Assembly: GCA_013314855.1 (NCBI GenBank)
Contig: JABUEW010000001.1
Location: 24,377 to 88,376, forward strand
DNA length: 64,000 bases
Direction: 5' to 3'
DNA from: Bacillota bacterium
GTDB lineage: Bacteria > Bacillota > Clostridia > Acetivibrionales > DUMC01
Position 1 is the first letter of the stretch, and each line of letters opens with the position of its first letter. Positions 19,326 to 29,312 of this stretch are shown piece by piece. A program made the translations under genes and the position numbers. The notes below the pieces were generated by a model. The model did no database searches, was not told the DNA's origin, and worked only from the letters and a program-made list of their open reading frames with translations.

Positions 19326-19393
19326 TGGAATGCATTCGAAAACTTAAACCGTTTCCGAATTCTATATTTGAGGCTTGGCATTTTTTAGCCTCG
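19326..19393 (-). promoter_or_regulatory. Leader repeat copy 1 (5' UTR hairpin upstream of the SBP gene)
   Basis: The RNA has GAGGCU-11 nt-AGCCUC and then UUCGGAAAC-GGUUUAA-GUUUUCGAA, about 20 nt before the RBS. Homologous to 22915..22985. Confidence 0.55.
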
Positions 19394-19522
19394 TAATGAA
19401 GAATATACGACTTTGAATATACAACTTTCACACAATATAAATGTCTTCCTATAAATTTAATGTAACGTTACCGATAAACCCTATTTATTTAACAATGTAA
19501 TTTTCCTCCTTTTATCCAGGGA

Positions 19523-19644
19523 ATTTATACGGATAGCTTTTTGAATTTCTAACGTTAAATTGTATTTGTAATATAACATAAAATATGTTACAAAACAACG
19601 TTCAATTTATAATTCTACAATCAGCAATTAACATTTTGTTCAAA
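19523..19644 (-). promoter_or_regulatory. Duplicated upstream region P1, including a 45-nt relic of an AraC-gene 3' end (19600..19644)
   Basis: Aligns with 25159..25286. The 45-nt cores match at 44/45. The minus-strand core reads AAA ATG TTA ATT GCT GAT TGT AGA ATT ATA AAT TGA. Confidence 0.7.
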
Positions 19645-19686
19645 AAAACAACGGCAGTGAAAGAACAGAGTTGCGTAGTTAATTTA

Positions 19687-21675
19687 TCAATAAATCAATT
19701 CAACTGCCATGTATACCCTTGTGCCATCCATATAAACAGGCAAACTGACCCTATCTCCATCAATACTGCATTTTGATATAAGGTCCTGTCCGGTCATAAC
19801 ATCTTTAAAGCTTTTCACAACTTTTCCTTCCGGTATTTTCAACACTAGATTTGTTTCATAAGCTAATGCAACATAATTTATAATAAGACAAAAAATTGAG
19901 TTTTCAGAAATCATGGGAAACAACTCCATAGTAGGAACATCTCTTATGTCCCATGGGCGAAGAGTCCTATAGGCATTTGGAGGAGGCCATGGTTCCAGAC
20001 AAGCTGTCGGTACATCTTTCGCAAGCCATTTCAGGAGATTCTTAAATAAGCTTATTCCCCCTGTAAATTGCCGTACTGAGCCGTGAGATCCCGGTTTAAC
20101 ATAATCATACACCGGTACACCGGATATCCATGCCTCCCGTTCAATACCATTATTCTTTACGATAATAACCGGTTTGTTTTCATGTTCAGCTATAACATCC
20201 CCGGAAATAGCCGGTTTAAAGGTTGCAAAATCCATAACTATCTTAGGATAATCTGCAATTATTCCCCACTTATTCTCCTTTACTTCGAAAATAATACGGC
20301 TGTTTTCATTCCAGTCTTTCCCTTCAACAAATGGACTTTGCCCTACCCACAATATGCCAACGCCTTTCCGTTTAAGCATTTGTATGGCTGAAAGCTGACC
20401 CTCGGGTAATATACACGCTTCAGGTACAACCATAACTTTAGTATTCCACCGGCTTGCCCTGTCTTTAATGCAGCTATCGAATACCCATTCCCATGGAAAT
20501 CCTACCTGATTCATAATGGAAGGCCACCTATTCAAATATTTATCTCCCCAGTTTCCTTCCTGATAAATTTTAATATGTGTATACTGGGGATTTACAACAC
20601 TTACATAGGTATAAGGTTCACTTTTTTCAAAATATCTTTTCATTTTCATAGATTCTCCAAAAGCTTCGGAAAATCCTGGTATAAGTTTCATCAATTCATA
20701 TGAATAAGGGGTAACCGCATTTGCTCCCAGGGCAAAAGGAATGGTTCCCGCTAATAATCCATCCTTCTCTGTTAGTTCATAAGAGGTAAGTGGCGGGAAG
20801 AATGCCTGAGGGTAAATATTCATTTCACAATCCACAGTTGCCCCCTTTAACATTCTGGTGGATTCAGTCAGGAATCTTTCGCAAGGTTTATATGAATATA
20901 AAGCAGTATGTGTTTTATGATATGGATCGGTGCTTATGATATCAAGGTTACGTGCATCCCCAGGTAAATCAATTCCAAGTACAAATGGGTTTACCATATT
21001 TGCGACAATACTTGGAGAATATTGAATTCCTACACGGATATCCGGTCTTTTCTGTTTAATAACGGTTTTAAAATATTTATGTACTTCATTCCATGATCTC
21101 ATACGATATGAATTCCATTTTCCCCATAATTCCTCGTCTTCTTTTGTTGCTGACAACGGCGGATAATGTCCGGTTTCTAAAAAGAATTGGTTTTTGCAGT
21201 AATCACAGTAGCATCCTATGGAGTTGCCGGAAAAACCAATAGATGCTTCATCGTTCAGATGAATTTCAGTGACAGCTTTAACTTTTATTATATTCATCAA
21301 AAAATCTACATAATCAGCTTTGTTTTCAGGTTGAAACGGACAAAGCCAATTTACAGTTGTAAGCCCATCACTGTCAATACTTCCTCCTGAGCAAACCATC
21401 TTTCTATGAGGATACGACTGAAGCAGTTCTTCCTGATATTTCTGATACCCTGTAAACACCTGGATTGGTAAAGCGTATTTGTCACAAATCCTCACCAGTT
21501 CATAAAACTCTTCCATGCTGAAACCCTGTCCGGTAAATTCAGGTTTTTTTGCTTGCGATACTACAACTGCTATACCTGTATACCCTTCTTCCTTAATTTT
21601 TTTTATAGTTTCATCATTTAATGATTTTCCGGGAAAAATTATAAGCGCATTATAGCGAATTTTTTTCATCTTCAA
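19687..21675 (-). CDS. GH42-like protein, divergent paralog III
   Basis: 662 aa. Has SIGCYCDYCKNQFFLETGHY (CxCxxC) and VMVVPEACILPEGQLSAIQMLKRKGVGILWVG (GATase1-like). The start is ambiguous, either TTG 21675 or ATG 21669. Confidence 0.45.
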   Translation of the reverse strand: MKMKKIRYNALIIFPGKSLNDETIKKIKEEGYTGIAVVVSQAKKPEFTGQGFSMEEFYELVRICDKYALPIQVFTGYQKYQEELLQSYPHRKMVCSGGSIDSDGLTTVNWLCPFQPENKADYVDFLMNIIKVKAVTEIHLNDEASIGFSGNSIGCYCDYCKNQFFLETGHYPPLSATKEDEELWGKWNSYRMRSWNEVHKYFKTVIKQKRPDIRVGIQYSPSIVANMVNPFVLGIDLPGDARNLDIISTDPYHKTHTALYSYKPCERFLTESTRMLKGATVDCEMNIYPQAFFPPLTSYELTEKDGLLAGTIPFALGANAVTPYSYELMKLIPGFSEAFGESMKMKRYFEKSEPYTYVSVVNPQYTHIKIYQEGNWGDKYLNRWPSIMNQVGFPWEWVFDSCIKDRASRWNTKVMVVPEACILPEGQLSAIQMLKRKGVGILWVGQSPFVEGKDWNENSRIIFEVKENKWGIIADYPKIVMDFATFKPAISGDVIAEHENKPVIIVKNNGIEREAWISGVPVYDYVKPGSHGSVRQFTGGISLFKNLLKWLAKDVPTACLEPWPPPNAYRTLRPWDIRDVPTMELFPMISENSIFCLIINYVALAYETNLVLKIPEGKVVKSFKDVMTGQDLISKCSIDGDRVSLPVYMDGTRVYMAVELIY

Positions 21676-21807
21676 TTTTTCCTCCTTCCCTTAATTTAAT
21701 GTAAACATTTAATGCCTGGTTAAAAATTAATACAATTGAGTATAAATATAATTGAACGTATTCATGGATGTATCAACTTAATACCTGTGAGCTTTAAAGA
21801 AGCAATT

Positions 21808-22884
21808 TCATAGCCTGATAAGCTGGTACCTGTCTTTATCAAGAGGATAATTATGATATCTGATTGATTTATCTCTTGATTTTACAAAACTGGCACTGTA
21901 AGTTAGCCAATCTCCGATATTAAGTCCTTGTATCTGAAGTATCCGCCCCGGCCATCCTTTTTCATAAGAAAAATCTATCATCTCATCCATGGTTTCCATA
22001 GCTTTAAAACGCTCCCTGTTGTAATTCACATACATTACCCTGTTCATTGAGTTCAGATGGTAGGAAGAACCCCAGAAATCCGATCTAATATTTAGTGAAG
22101 GTTTCACCAGGTCCGGGTGTTGAAAATGATTTACTTCAAGGATAATTCCGTCTTCCGGCTCACGGAAGGCTATATTTTCAGACTCAAACTCAATACCCAG
22201 AGCATCTCCCTTTGAATCAGCAACTACAATATTTATTCCTTTTACACCAGAGCACTTGTATCGATTTGCATAATATCTGGCATCTTTGCAGTCGGAGCAA
22301 TACTGTGCAAAAATTCGCGTCCACCAATATAAATTTATTGTTTCAGGATTGTCTTGGAAATTAAATTTTGGATGACCGGAAGCTCCTCCTACCATCAAAC
22401 CGGCATCATTTACCGCTGTTGCAGGCGATAAAGTTATACATGACTGTATGGCTGCATATGCGTGTGGTTTCAATCCACGATGAATTACCGCACGGTCGCC
22501 CCTTTGATACCAGGACGTTACTTCCTCCAAACTGAACGGATCAATTGTGCGTAACATAATCGGACCATCATTGCGCGTCTGTATTGCAAGTGCTGAACAA
22601 CCCGTATTTCCGGTAGAGTAAATCTGGGTGAAATAAGCTTCTTCAGGGCTTAATCCTGCAGCAGCACCAAAGGCCTCCACCTCTTCTATCAGCTCTGGAA
22701 ATTCCCTCTTCATAAATACAAAATTCTTTCTGAAATATGGAGATTCAAAGGAATCATTAGTCTTCCAGTATTTTTTCAATACCTCTCTTACCATTTCAGG
22801 TGAATTTTCCCCCAACAGCCTTCCCCTGTTTGAAGAATCTCCTGTAAGTTCAATGACTTCAACCAACGGTACTTCGTTATTCAT
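21808..22884 (-). CDS. Peptidase C45 / acyl-CoA:6-APA acyltransferase-like Ntn hydrolase
   Basis: 358 aa. Has an N-terminal GDSSNRGRLLGE and a candidate Cys nucleophile in YSTGNTGCSALAIQ. Confidence 0.55.
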   Translation of the reverse strand: MNNEVPLVEVIELTGDSSNRGRLLGENSPEMVREVLKKYWKTNDSFESPYFRKNFVFMKREFPELIEEVEAFGAAAGLSPEEAYFTQIYSTGNTGCSALAIQTRNDGPIMLRTIDPFSLEEVTSWYQRGDRAVIHRGLKPHAYAAIQSCITLSPATAVNDAGLMVGGASGHPKFNFQDNPETINLYWWTRIFAQYCSDCKDARYYANRYKCSGVKGINIVVADSKGDALGIEFESENIAFREPEDGIILEVNHFQHPDLVKPSLNIRSDFWGSSYHLNSMNRVMYVNYNRERFKAMETMDEMIDFSYEKGWPGRILQIQGLNIGDWLTYSASFVKSRDKSIRYHNYPLDKDRYQLIRL

Positions 22885-22914
22885 TATATGCTTTACCCCC
22901 TTTGTTTTAATTTA

Positions 22915-23018
22915 ATGTATTCGAAAACTCATAGAGTTTTCAAATGCTAAATTTGAAGCTTGGTAATTTTTGCCTTACCTCCATTATATACCATATAATT
23001 CCATATCTTTTTCCAGTA
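22915..23018 (-). promoter_or_regulatory. Leader/promoter repeat copy 2 (upstream of the C45 gene)
   Basis: RNA hairpin UUUGAAAACUC-UAU-GAGUUUUCGAA. It contains the 6-codon mini-ORF ATG AGT TTT CGA ATA CAT TAA. Confidence 0.6.
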
Positions 23019-23271
23019 GCACAATAAAATTCTATTAACAGTACTTACGCAAACAAGCTAAAAGCTTCATATATCAGGACTTTGAAAACCTAATATTGTC
23101 TAAAAGGTTGTTGCAATAAGGTTTCCAACATTTACAGCTATATTATGTAAACCATTTACTTTTCGAATTTGTACTAATTGCAGTTTCTATTAAATTTCAT
23201 AAATCAATAGTCAATTTTTGCAAGTCTTATTCTTAATAATCCTCATACTGGTTAACCAATTACATTTTTCC

Positions 23272-23988
23272 TTATATTTTACCGGATATCTTCCCTGAAG
23301 GTACTACTGCTATAACCCGGCACGGCGATGCACAGGATTTTTGAATCTTAAGCGGCATAACTATCATCTTTATCCTTGGTACAGATATTTTTGTTAAATT
23401 TACAAGGGGAGCTAAAAGAAGCGTTCCTGACTCAAAAAACATGTGTGCCCAATACTTTTTATCATTAGGATCCTGCCATGAACTCATATCCGAACCAAGA
23501 ATACTGCACTTGTGTTTTACAGCATATTCTACTGCACTGTAACTAAAGTGGGGAGAGTCGTTCAAATCCTTATGTTCAAGAAAATTAAAGCCTGTAGAAA
23601 TAATTAATGCTTCACCCGGGCTGACTTTCTCATTAACCCTTGACATTTCATTCTCAATATCTTCTACTGTCACAATTTCATTTTCTCTACGGGGAATTTG
23701 AAGGACCACTGCTGAAACAAATAAACGATCCAATCCTACTTCGTTTATCTTTTCCATCTCAGGATGAAGATGTGCTCCTGTTTCAAGGTACGTCGAAACC
23801 TGTCCGCACATGGAAATATGCTGGGAGTATGTCATGAAACCACGTTCTTTTGCGCGGGAACTTAAGTCCAGTTCACTAATATGAACTGGTGGAAACAACT
23901 CCCTGCATATTGTCATCCCTTCATCAACACCTGCACCCAAATCAACCAGTTCACCCATATCCCATATTTCATTTAATTTTAATATCAT
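23272..23988 (-). CDS. Putative cyclase / arylformamidase-like protein with a degenerate motif
   Basis: Start moved to ATG 23988 (GAAGGAG RBS). LETGAHLHP stands where the cyclase family has HxGTHxDxPxH. This is a weak call. Confidence 0.35.
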   Translation of the reverse strand: MILKLNEIWDMGELVDLGAGVDEGMTICRELFPPVHISELDLSSRAKERGFMTYSQHISMCGQVSTYLETGAHLHPEMEKINEVGLDRLFVSAVVLQIPRRENEIVTVEDIENEMSRVNEKVSPGEALIISTGFNFLEHKDLNDSPHFSYSAVEYAVKHKCSILGSDMSSWQDPNDKKYWAHMFFESGTLLLAPLVNLTKISVPRIKMIVMPLKIQKSCASPCRVIAVVPSGKISGKI

Positions 23989-24025
23989 TTTAACTCCTTC
24001 TTTAAGCATATTTTGTTATAATATT

Positions 24026-25060
24026 TCATTTATCTAAATTATTTAATATAATAACCTGCCCGCTTTTAGCTGACTCAACCACAGCCCGTGCAACCTCTAC
24101 TGCAGCCCGGCAATCCTGGGGTCCGGCACCTGATGGCTTTCTTCCCTCCTGGATTGCCGATGCAAAATCTTCAATCTCATCTCTTATAGGAAATATAAGT
24201 TTTCCATAAAGATTCTCGGCACTATATGGACTAAAATATGTTGTTTTCCCCGAACCCCAGAAGGAATAATCAGAGCCTGGGTCCGTAAATTGGATAGTGC
24301 CATCTGTACCTATTACTTCCAATCTGTGATCCATAACTACAGGAGCACCCTCCGGTATATGAAAAACCTGTTCCATTGTTCCAATAACACCATTTTCCAT
24401 TTTCAATATAACCATCCATGTATCTGCAAACGGTAGACCTAATAGGTTCCTGGATTCAGCAAATACTCTGGTTACCTTGCTTCCTGTAATCCATAAAAAA
24501 AGGTCAGTAGTATGAATTCCCGGTTCTATTATCAGCTCCGGTATATTTCCCTGATAACGGGGTAGTGAAAGGTTGGGTGGTCTACCATTACGTCTTGATG
24601 CTATTGATACTATCTTTCCTATTTCACCGCTTTCCACCATGCTTTTAATTTTTACAAAATTTGGAATATAGCGGTTAATGTAACCTACCAGAACAATTAA
24701 ACCTTTTTCCCCGGCAAGCCTTATTACTTTGTCATGGTCTTCCAGATTTGCACTTAACGGTTTTTCAACAAATACATGTTTGCCATTTTTCAATGCTTCC
24801 AAAGTTATATCTGCATGCCTAATTGCCTCTGTAATAATGCATACTGCATCTATATCCGGCAATTGCACTAATTCCCGGTAATCTTGATAAGTATTTTTTA
24901 CACCATACTTGCCGGCAATTTCCTGAAGTCTAGCTTCATTTCTGGAACAGATTGCCGAAAGCTCCATTCTTGGGCTATAATGTATTATGTTAGCATATTT
25001 TTCCCCAAAATTACCCAATCCTATAAGTCCAATTTTAACCTTGTTTTTATGTATATTCAT
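24026..25060 (-). CDS. Gfo/Idh/MocA-family NAD(P)-dependent oxidoreductase
   Basis: 344 aa with KIGLIGLGNFGEKY and HVFVEKPL. Confidence 0.85.
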   Translation of the reverse strand: MNIHKNKVKIGLIGLGNFGEKYANIIHYSPRMELSAICSRNEARLQEIAGKYGVKNTYQDYRELVQLPDIDAVCIITEAIRHADITLEALKNGKHVFVEKPLSANLEDHDKVIRLAGEKGLIVLVGYINRYIPNFVKIKSMVESGEIGKIVSIASRRNGRPPNLSLPRYQGNIPELIIEPGIHTTDLFLWITGSKVTRVFAESRNLLGLPFADTWMVILKMENGVIGTMEQVFHIPEGAPVVMDHRLEVIGTDGTIQFTDPGSDYSFWGSGKTTYFSPYSAENLYGKLIFPIRDEIEDFASAIQEGRKPSGAGPQDCRAAVEVARAVVESAKSGQVIILNNLDK

Positions 25061-25067
25061 TAAAAAA

Positions 25068-25131
25068 TACCTCCGTTCTTTTCCTTTATCCCTTAATTGA
25101 ATCTATCATAATACCTTTTAAAAAGTATTTT
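25068..25131 (-). pseudogene. Relic of an ABC permease gene: last 15 codons plus the downstream RBS region
   Basis: Positions 25086..25130 read K Y F L K G I M I D S I K G * on the minus strand. The intact permease 15615..16508 ends QKYFIKGIMIGSIKG*. Nucleotide similarity continues into the spacer before the next start codon, as at 15596..15660. Confidence 0.75.
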
Positions 25132-25158
25132 AAGTATTTTCATTCTTTCATCTATTGC

Positions 25159-25286
25159 ATTTATACAAACAGCTTTTTGAACTGTTAATATTGAATTGCA
25201 TTTATAATATAATATAAAACTAAAACAGGCTTAAAAACAATGTTCAATATATAATTCTACAATCAGCAATTAACATTTTGTTCAAA
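25159..25286 (-). promoter_or_regulatory. Duplicated upstream region P2 (copy of 19523..19644)
   Basis: See P1. The core is 25242..25286. A third, diverged copy of the core (about 82% identity) is the real 3' end of the AraC gene at 25295..25340. Confidence 0.7.
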
Positions 25287-25295
25287 TAATAACTG

Positions 25296-27620
25296 TCAAT
25301 TTATAATTCCATAATCAGAGTTTAACATTTTTTTATATTGTCCGGGAGTCATATTTTCATTCTTCTTAAACTGCCTTCTGAAGGTAAGGTCATTTGAAAA
25401 TCCTGATTTTTCTGCTGCATCTTTAATACTTTCACCTCTTAATAAAAGCTGCTTGGAATACTCAACTCTGATTTTATTTATATACTCTAGAAATGTATAC
25501 CCTGAATGATTCTTCATATATCTGCATAAATATTGTGGAGTTACATTTAAGCTCCTGGCAACTTCACTCAGAGTTAGCTGAGTATTTGTAAAATTTTCCT
25601 GTATAAAGTTAACAATTCTATTCCATAACTCAAGTCTTTTACTCTCGTGATGCATTCTTATATGTTTACAAACTTCCGAAAAAACATTTTCAATACTTAC
25701 TAGCATTTTGTTTATACTGTTAATTTCTTTAAAATCTGAAAATTTGTAACCAATATTGTATTCGACATTCATATTTTTTAAAGCTCTATGAGCTAGACAT
25801 AAAAAACTATACATCATATGCTGAATCACAAAAACATTAATATTATCAGGATTAATACTGTCATTAACTGCCTTCTCACACAATTCATAGGCTTTTCTAT
25901 CTTCTCCCTGCATTAATAATTCCAAAATTTCCCGTCCTGTGTATTCAGGTATATAATAAAAAATCTTATTTTGTTTATCTTCCTTAGAATAGATAAGTAT
26001 AGGACACTTTTGGAAATCTATAGTGTTTTCAATAATTTCCTGGCAGTCCTGAAATGACAAATAAATATTCTGTAAATTAGATACTACACGACCTATGGCA
26101 ATAGCCTGTACATTATTATTCATAAGATTAATATGATTTTCTTCTATACATTGTATTACCTCTTTCTTTATATCATTACCTTTTGTATCCTTTAAATTTA
26201 CTACCATTACTGTTTTTAATAAGTCAATATCAATAAAAAACACCGCCATATCATTTCCTAAGAATTTACTCTTTAATTGATTTTTAATTATTTCATTCAT
26301 AGGGAGTTTCTCATATTTCAAAAACATAACACAAATAAAGAAATCATATGGGAAGAAAAGTCCGACAGTATCCATATCATTTTGCAAATTATCAATCGAG
26401 AGAATATTTCCGGTGATAATTTTTCTTAAAACATAATTCATCAAAATCGGCCTTACTTTTTGAATTTCTGTTTTTAAATATAAATTATTTGATACTATCA
26501 TTTTAATATTTTGCTTCAAGAAATGATATTCATCTGAGGATGACATATTCAATGATTCTAAAGTTTTACTATCAAAAAAAATATTCATGATGTCATATAC
26601 TGGTTCAGAATTCATTTTAGCTAAAATAAACGAAATGATTAAACCAAATAACAGAATTATTGTAAGAATCATTATAGTTTGTATCATAATCGGTTTTGTA
26701 TTATACATTATAGTAAATCTGGGTATTATGGAAATATATTGTAAATCATAAAACTTAGATTTTTGGGAAAACAAAATATATTTTTCATTATTGATTATGA
26801 TTTCATTTTCATTTAATATTCTTCCCTCCAAAATTCCATGAATCAATTCTAATTTTTTTTCATCATTTAATCCATTACTACTAGAAAAAATACAATTCCC
26901 ATGAGAGTCTACCAACATATTTATGCCAAATTCCATAATTGTTCCTTTATGTAATATTGATTCTAAACTATCCCTGTTAATAAGAAAAAGGCACCTGCTG
27001 TTACTATTGTTCTGAAAAGTGGGCATTTTTTTGCTGTAAATTACCAAATTTGTGATAATACCCATAAAGTTCACCTTTGAAACCGGTACAAAATAAGACT
27101 CTTCCTCTACATTCATAATCATATTTTCTCTGCTTTTATCTAAGAAAAACAAAACATCCTTAAAAAAATCTTCTTGACTGCATCCACCCCAAGTCGAGAA
27201 ATAAAGATCATCCTCTATAAATTGGATAACAATGTGTTGAACTAAATCATTGTTTGCAGCAGCAACCCCTAATTGATTTTTACAATTATTTATTGTAGTA
27301 ATATTATTTTTTAACTTTTTAACACCTAGATTTCCAGTTTTAATAATTTTACTTATTTCTCCAACTTGAGAAAACTGAACAACAGTATTTATAATATCCT
27401 TCATTTTATTATCAAGTTCTTTTACACTTTCCTTCATGATATTGCTGTATTGTGTCTTGTTTTGTGTGACAATAGAATTTAGCAAATTGTTATAATTTAA
27501 AATGCCAATAACAGTTAAAGGTATACTGAACAACAAAGAGTAGGATATTAGAGTTTTCAAAAACAACGGTTTTTTGAATTGAAGAATTAAGCTTTTAACT
27601 CTATATATGACTTTATTCAT
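25296..27620 (-). CDS. Membrane-anchored AraC-family one-component sensor/regulator
   Basis: 774 aa. Two TM segments (LISYSLLFSIPLTVIGILNY and IMILTIILLFGLIISFILA) flank an extracytoplasmic domain. The C-terminal HTH_18 region reads LSEVARSLNVTPQYLCRYMKNHSGYTFLEYINKIRVEYSKQLL...FSNDLTFRRQFKK. Confidence 0.85.
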   Translation of the reverse strand: MNKVIYRVKSLILQFKKPLFLKTLISYSLLFSIPLTVIGILNYNNLLNSIVTQNKTQYSNIMKESVKELDNKMKDIINTVVQFSQVGEISKIIKTGNLGVKKLKNNITTINNCKNQLGVAAANNDLVQHIVIQFIEDDLYFSTWGGCSQEDFFKDVLFFLDKSRENMIMNVEEESYFVPVSKVNFMGIITNLVIYSKKMPTFQNNSNSRCLFLINRDSLESILHKGTIMEFGINMLVDSHGNCIFSSSNGLNDEKKLELIHGILEGRILNENEIIINNEKYILFSQKSKFYDLQYISIIPRFTIMYNTKPIMIQTIMILTIILLFGLIISFILAKMNSEPVYDIMNIFFDSKTLESLNMSSSDEYHFLKQNIKMIVSNNLYLKTEIQKVRPILMNYVLRKIITGNILSIDNLQNDMDTVGLFFPYDFFICVMFLKYEKLPMNEIIKNQLKSKFLGNDMAVFFIDIDLLKTVMVVNLKDTKGNDIKKEVIQCIEENHINLMNNNVQAIAIGRVVSNLQNIYLSFQDCQEIIENTIDFQKCPILIYSKEDKQNKIFYYIPEYTGREILELLMQGEDRKAYELCEKAVNDSINPDNINVFVIQHMMYSFLCLAHRALKNMNVEYNIGYKFSDFKEINSINKMLVSIENVFSEVCKHIRMHHESKRLELWNRIVNFIQENFTNTQLTLSEVARSLNVTPQYLCRYMKNHSGYTFLEYINKIRVEYSKQLLLRGESIKDAAEKSGFSNDLTFRRQFKKNENMTPGQYKKMLNSDYGIIN

Positions 27621-27732
27621 GTATTAATACCCCCTCTTTCTAACGTAGTGTTAAACTATTTACGCTCAAATAAATTTTAAAGTCTTTATTTATCAAAGGG
27701 TTAAATGTTTTTTATATAAAAAAGAATAACAC

Positions 27733-29034
27733 CCCCCTGATTTTTTATAGAATTATAATGTAAGGGCAAGAATGACTATTACACCTGCCTAAGGTTGCTG
27801 TTGCCTTTTTTAAGCTTATATATATTCAGATTGTCAAGGAGCATTCCGTTGGAGCAGCTTTTTAGGGTGTCATAGTAGTTCTCATTTTCTTTTTTCTTGT
27901 TTTTCTTTGCTTCTTTCCAAGTGTATTTTTTATACCCTTATCTCTAATGCCTTTGCTGTTCCTGAAATCGTAGCCATATAAAATTCCCTTGGGCTCATGT
28001 AGAATATCGATGAGTGTATCCTGCGTATGTTATATCTGTCTATAAATTCAATCACTTCTCTATATCCCTCTTCGTACTTTTCAAATTTCCACTTTCCAAG
28101 ACATTCATCCTCAAGTATTCTATGAAAAGCTTCTATATGAGCATTTTTATCCGGTGTTTTACAGGGTATCCTCACATGTTCTATATTCAGTTCCTCACAC
28201 CTGCTCTCAAAAGCATGGCTTATAAACTGTAGCCCGTTATCTGTCCGTATTACCGGCTTATCCTCCTTTTCATACAAGTTCCTGCGCATTAATGCCCTCT
28301 ACAACATTATGACAGCATCACTGCCTTCACAGCTTAAGCCTATATGGTAATCAACCACCATCCTGTCATACACATCGATTATTGATAATATGTAGAAAAA
28401 CCTGTCTTCTCCGGCTATCTAACCGTACTTGATGTCCGCTTCCCATAATTGGTTCACAGCTGTTACTATTCGATTCTTCGCAAGCTTTCCTGGATACTTC
28501 GGTTTTATTTCCCTCTGAGGTTTTAGTATTCCAAGTTCTTTACATAACCGGTAACCTTTTTCTTGTTTATTATAAGTTTATATTCCTTTCTTAAAGCTAT
28601 GGTAAGCTTATAACATCCATAGCTTAAGCCGTCTCCTTCACTTAATTCCATGATCCATTCTTTTATTTGTATGTCGCATACTATTCTTCCATCAATGGTA
28701 TATGAATAGCCAGGTATAGGCCTCCCTCCATTTTGTTCCTTTTCCTCACCTCTCTTGGTTCTTTTATTAGGCTTGAATCCTTCTTCAATCCCTTTTTTGT
28801 CATTTTTTTCATTGGCTCTTGTTTTTTTGTACCCGCACCCATCTTGCTACTATTTACTGGCTAACATTATACTTCCTTCCGACAACACTGCAATCCTCAG
28901 TTTCAGTGGCTTCCTTAATGACTTGCTTCTTAAATTCCTCTGAATGTTTCCGTACTCTCATATTTTTTTCCCCTTTGCTTACTTTTTTATTATATAAGCT
29001 TTGGGTCTAATTGTCCAAATAGATTAGGGGGCTT
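27733..29034 (-). mobile_element. Decayed IS3-family element (orfA/orfB with stops and frameshifts); ends approximate
   Basis: orfA starts near 28955 as MRVRKHSEEFKKQVIKEATETEDCSVVGRKYNVSQ*. The orfB pieces read ...NQLWEADIKYG*IAGEDRFFYILSIIDVYDRMVVDYHIG...* and there is an rve-core fragment at 27930..28289 (DNGLQFISHAFESRCEELNIEHVRIPCKTPDKNAHIEAFH). Candidate imperfect terminal repeats are CCCCCCTGATTTTTT (27732) and the reverse complement of AGATTAGGGGG (29031). Confidence 0.6.
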
Positions 29035-29263
29035 ATGGGAAACCTTCTTTGCCTTTTGACTCAAGACTATGAGTAACACCTTTATGTGTCAAATAAAAAT
29101 TATTTTCTTGAGCAACATACTCATTTTCACCTACTGTTATTTTGCCTGTTCCGCTTAGCACGTAAATATAATGGTAGTATTCATGTTTATGAGTCGGTAA
29201 TTTATCTCCTGATACATAACTTTCTTTTGAAAACCAAATTACATCTATGCCGCAATCAAGCAT
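29033..29263 (-). CDS. Small cupin-domain protein, possibly the N-terminal remnant of an AraC-type regulator
   Basis: 76 aa with AGGAG RBS. Has PTHKHEYYHYIYVLSGTG...THKGVTHSL. Its stop codon lies 1-2 nt from the putative IS3 terminus. Confidence 0.4.
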   Translation of the reverse strand: MLDCGIDVIWFSKESYVSGDKLPTHKHEYYHYIYVLSGTGKITVGENEYVAQENNFYLTHKGVTHSLESKGKEGFP

Positions 29264-29312
29264 AAAAACACTCCTATATAGAAAATGTTAACGGTTTTAT
29301 CCCCCTAATACT

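Noticed and set aside
17659-19431. The long N-terminal extension of the SBP ORF (MKVVYSKSYILHYEAKK...) given in the ORF track
   Set aside because: The extension runs through the non-coding leader repeat and has no RBS. ATG 19302 has AAGGAGG and starts a canonical lipoprotein signal peptide.
17636-19557. AACGTT-centred palindromes (TTAACGTTAA 17636..17645, GTAACGTTAC 19462..19471, TAACGTTA 19550..19557) as LacI/CcpA-type operators (cre)
   Set aside because: The half-sites are one nucleotide shorter than the TGWAANCGNTNWCA cre / LacI-family consensus. No LacI-family regulator is encoded here. The 19550 site is not conserved in the duplicated promoter copy (25186 region reads ACTGTTAATATT).
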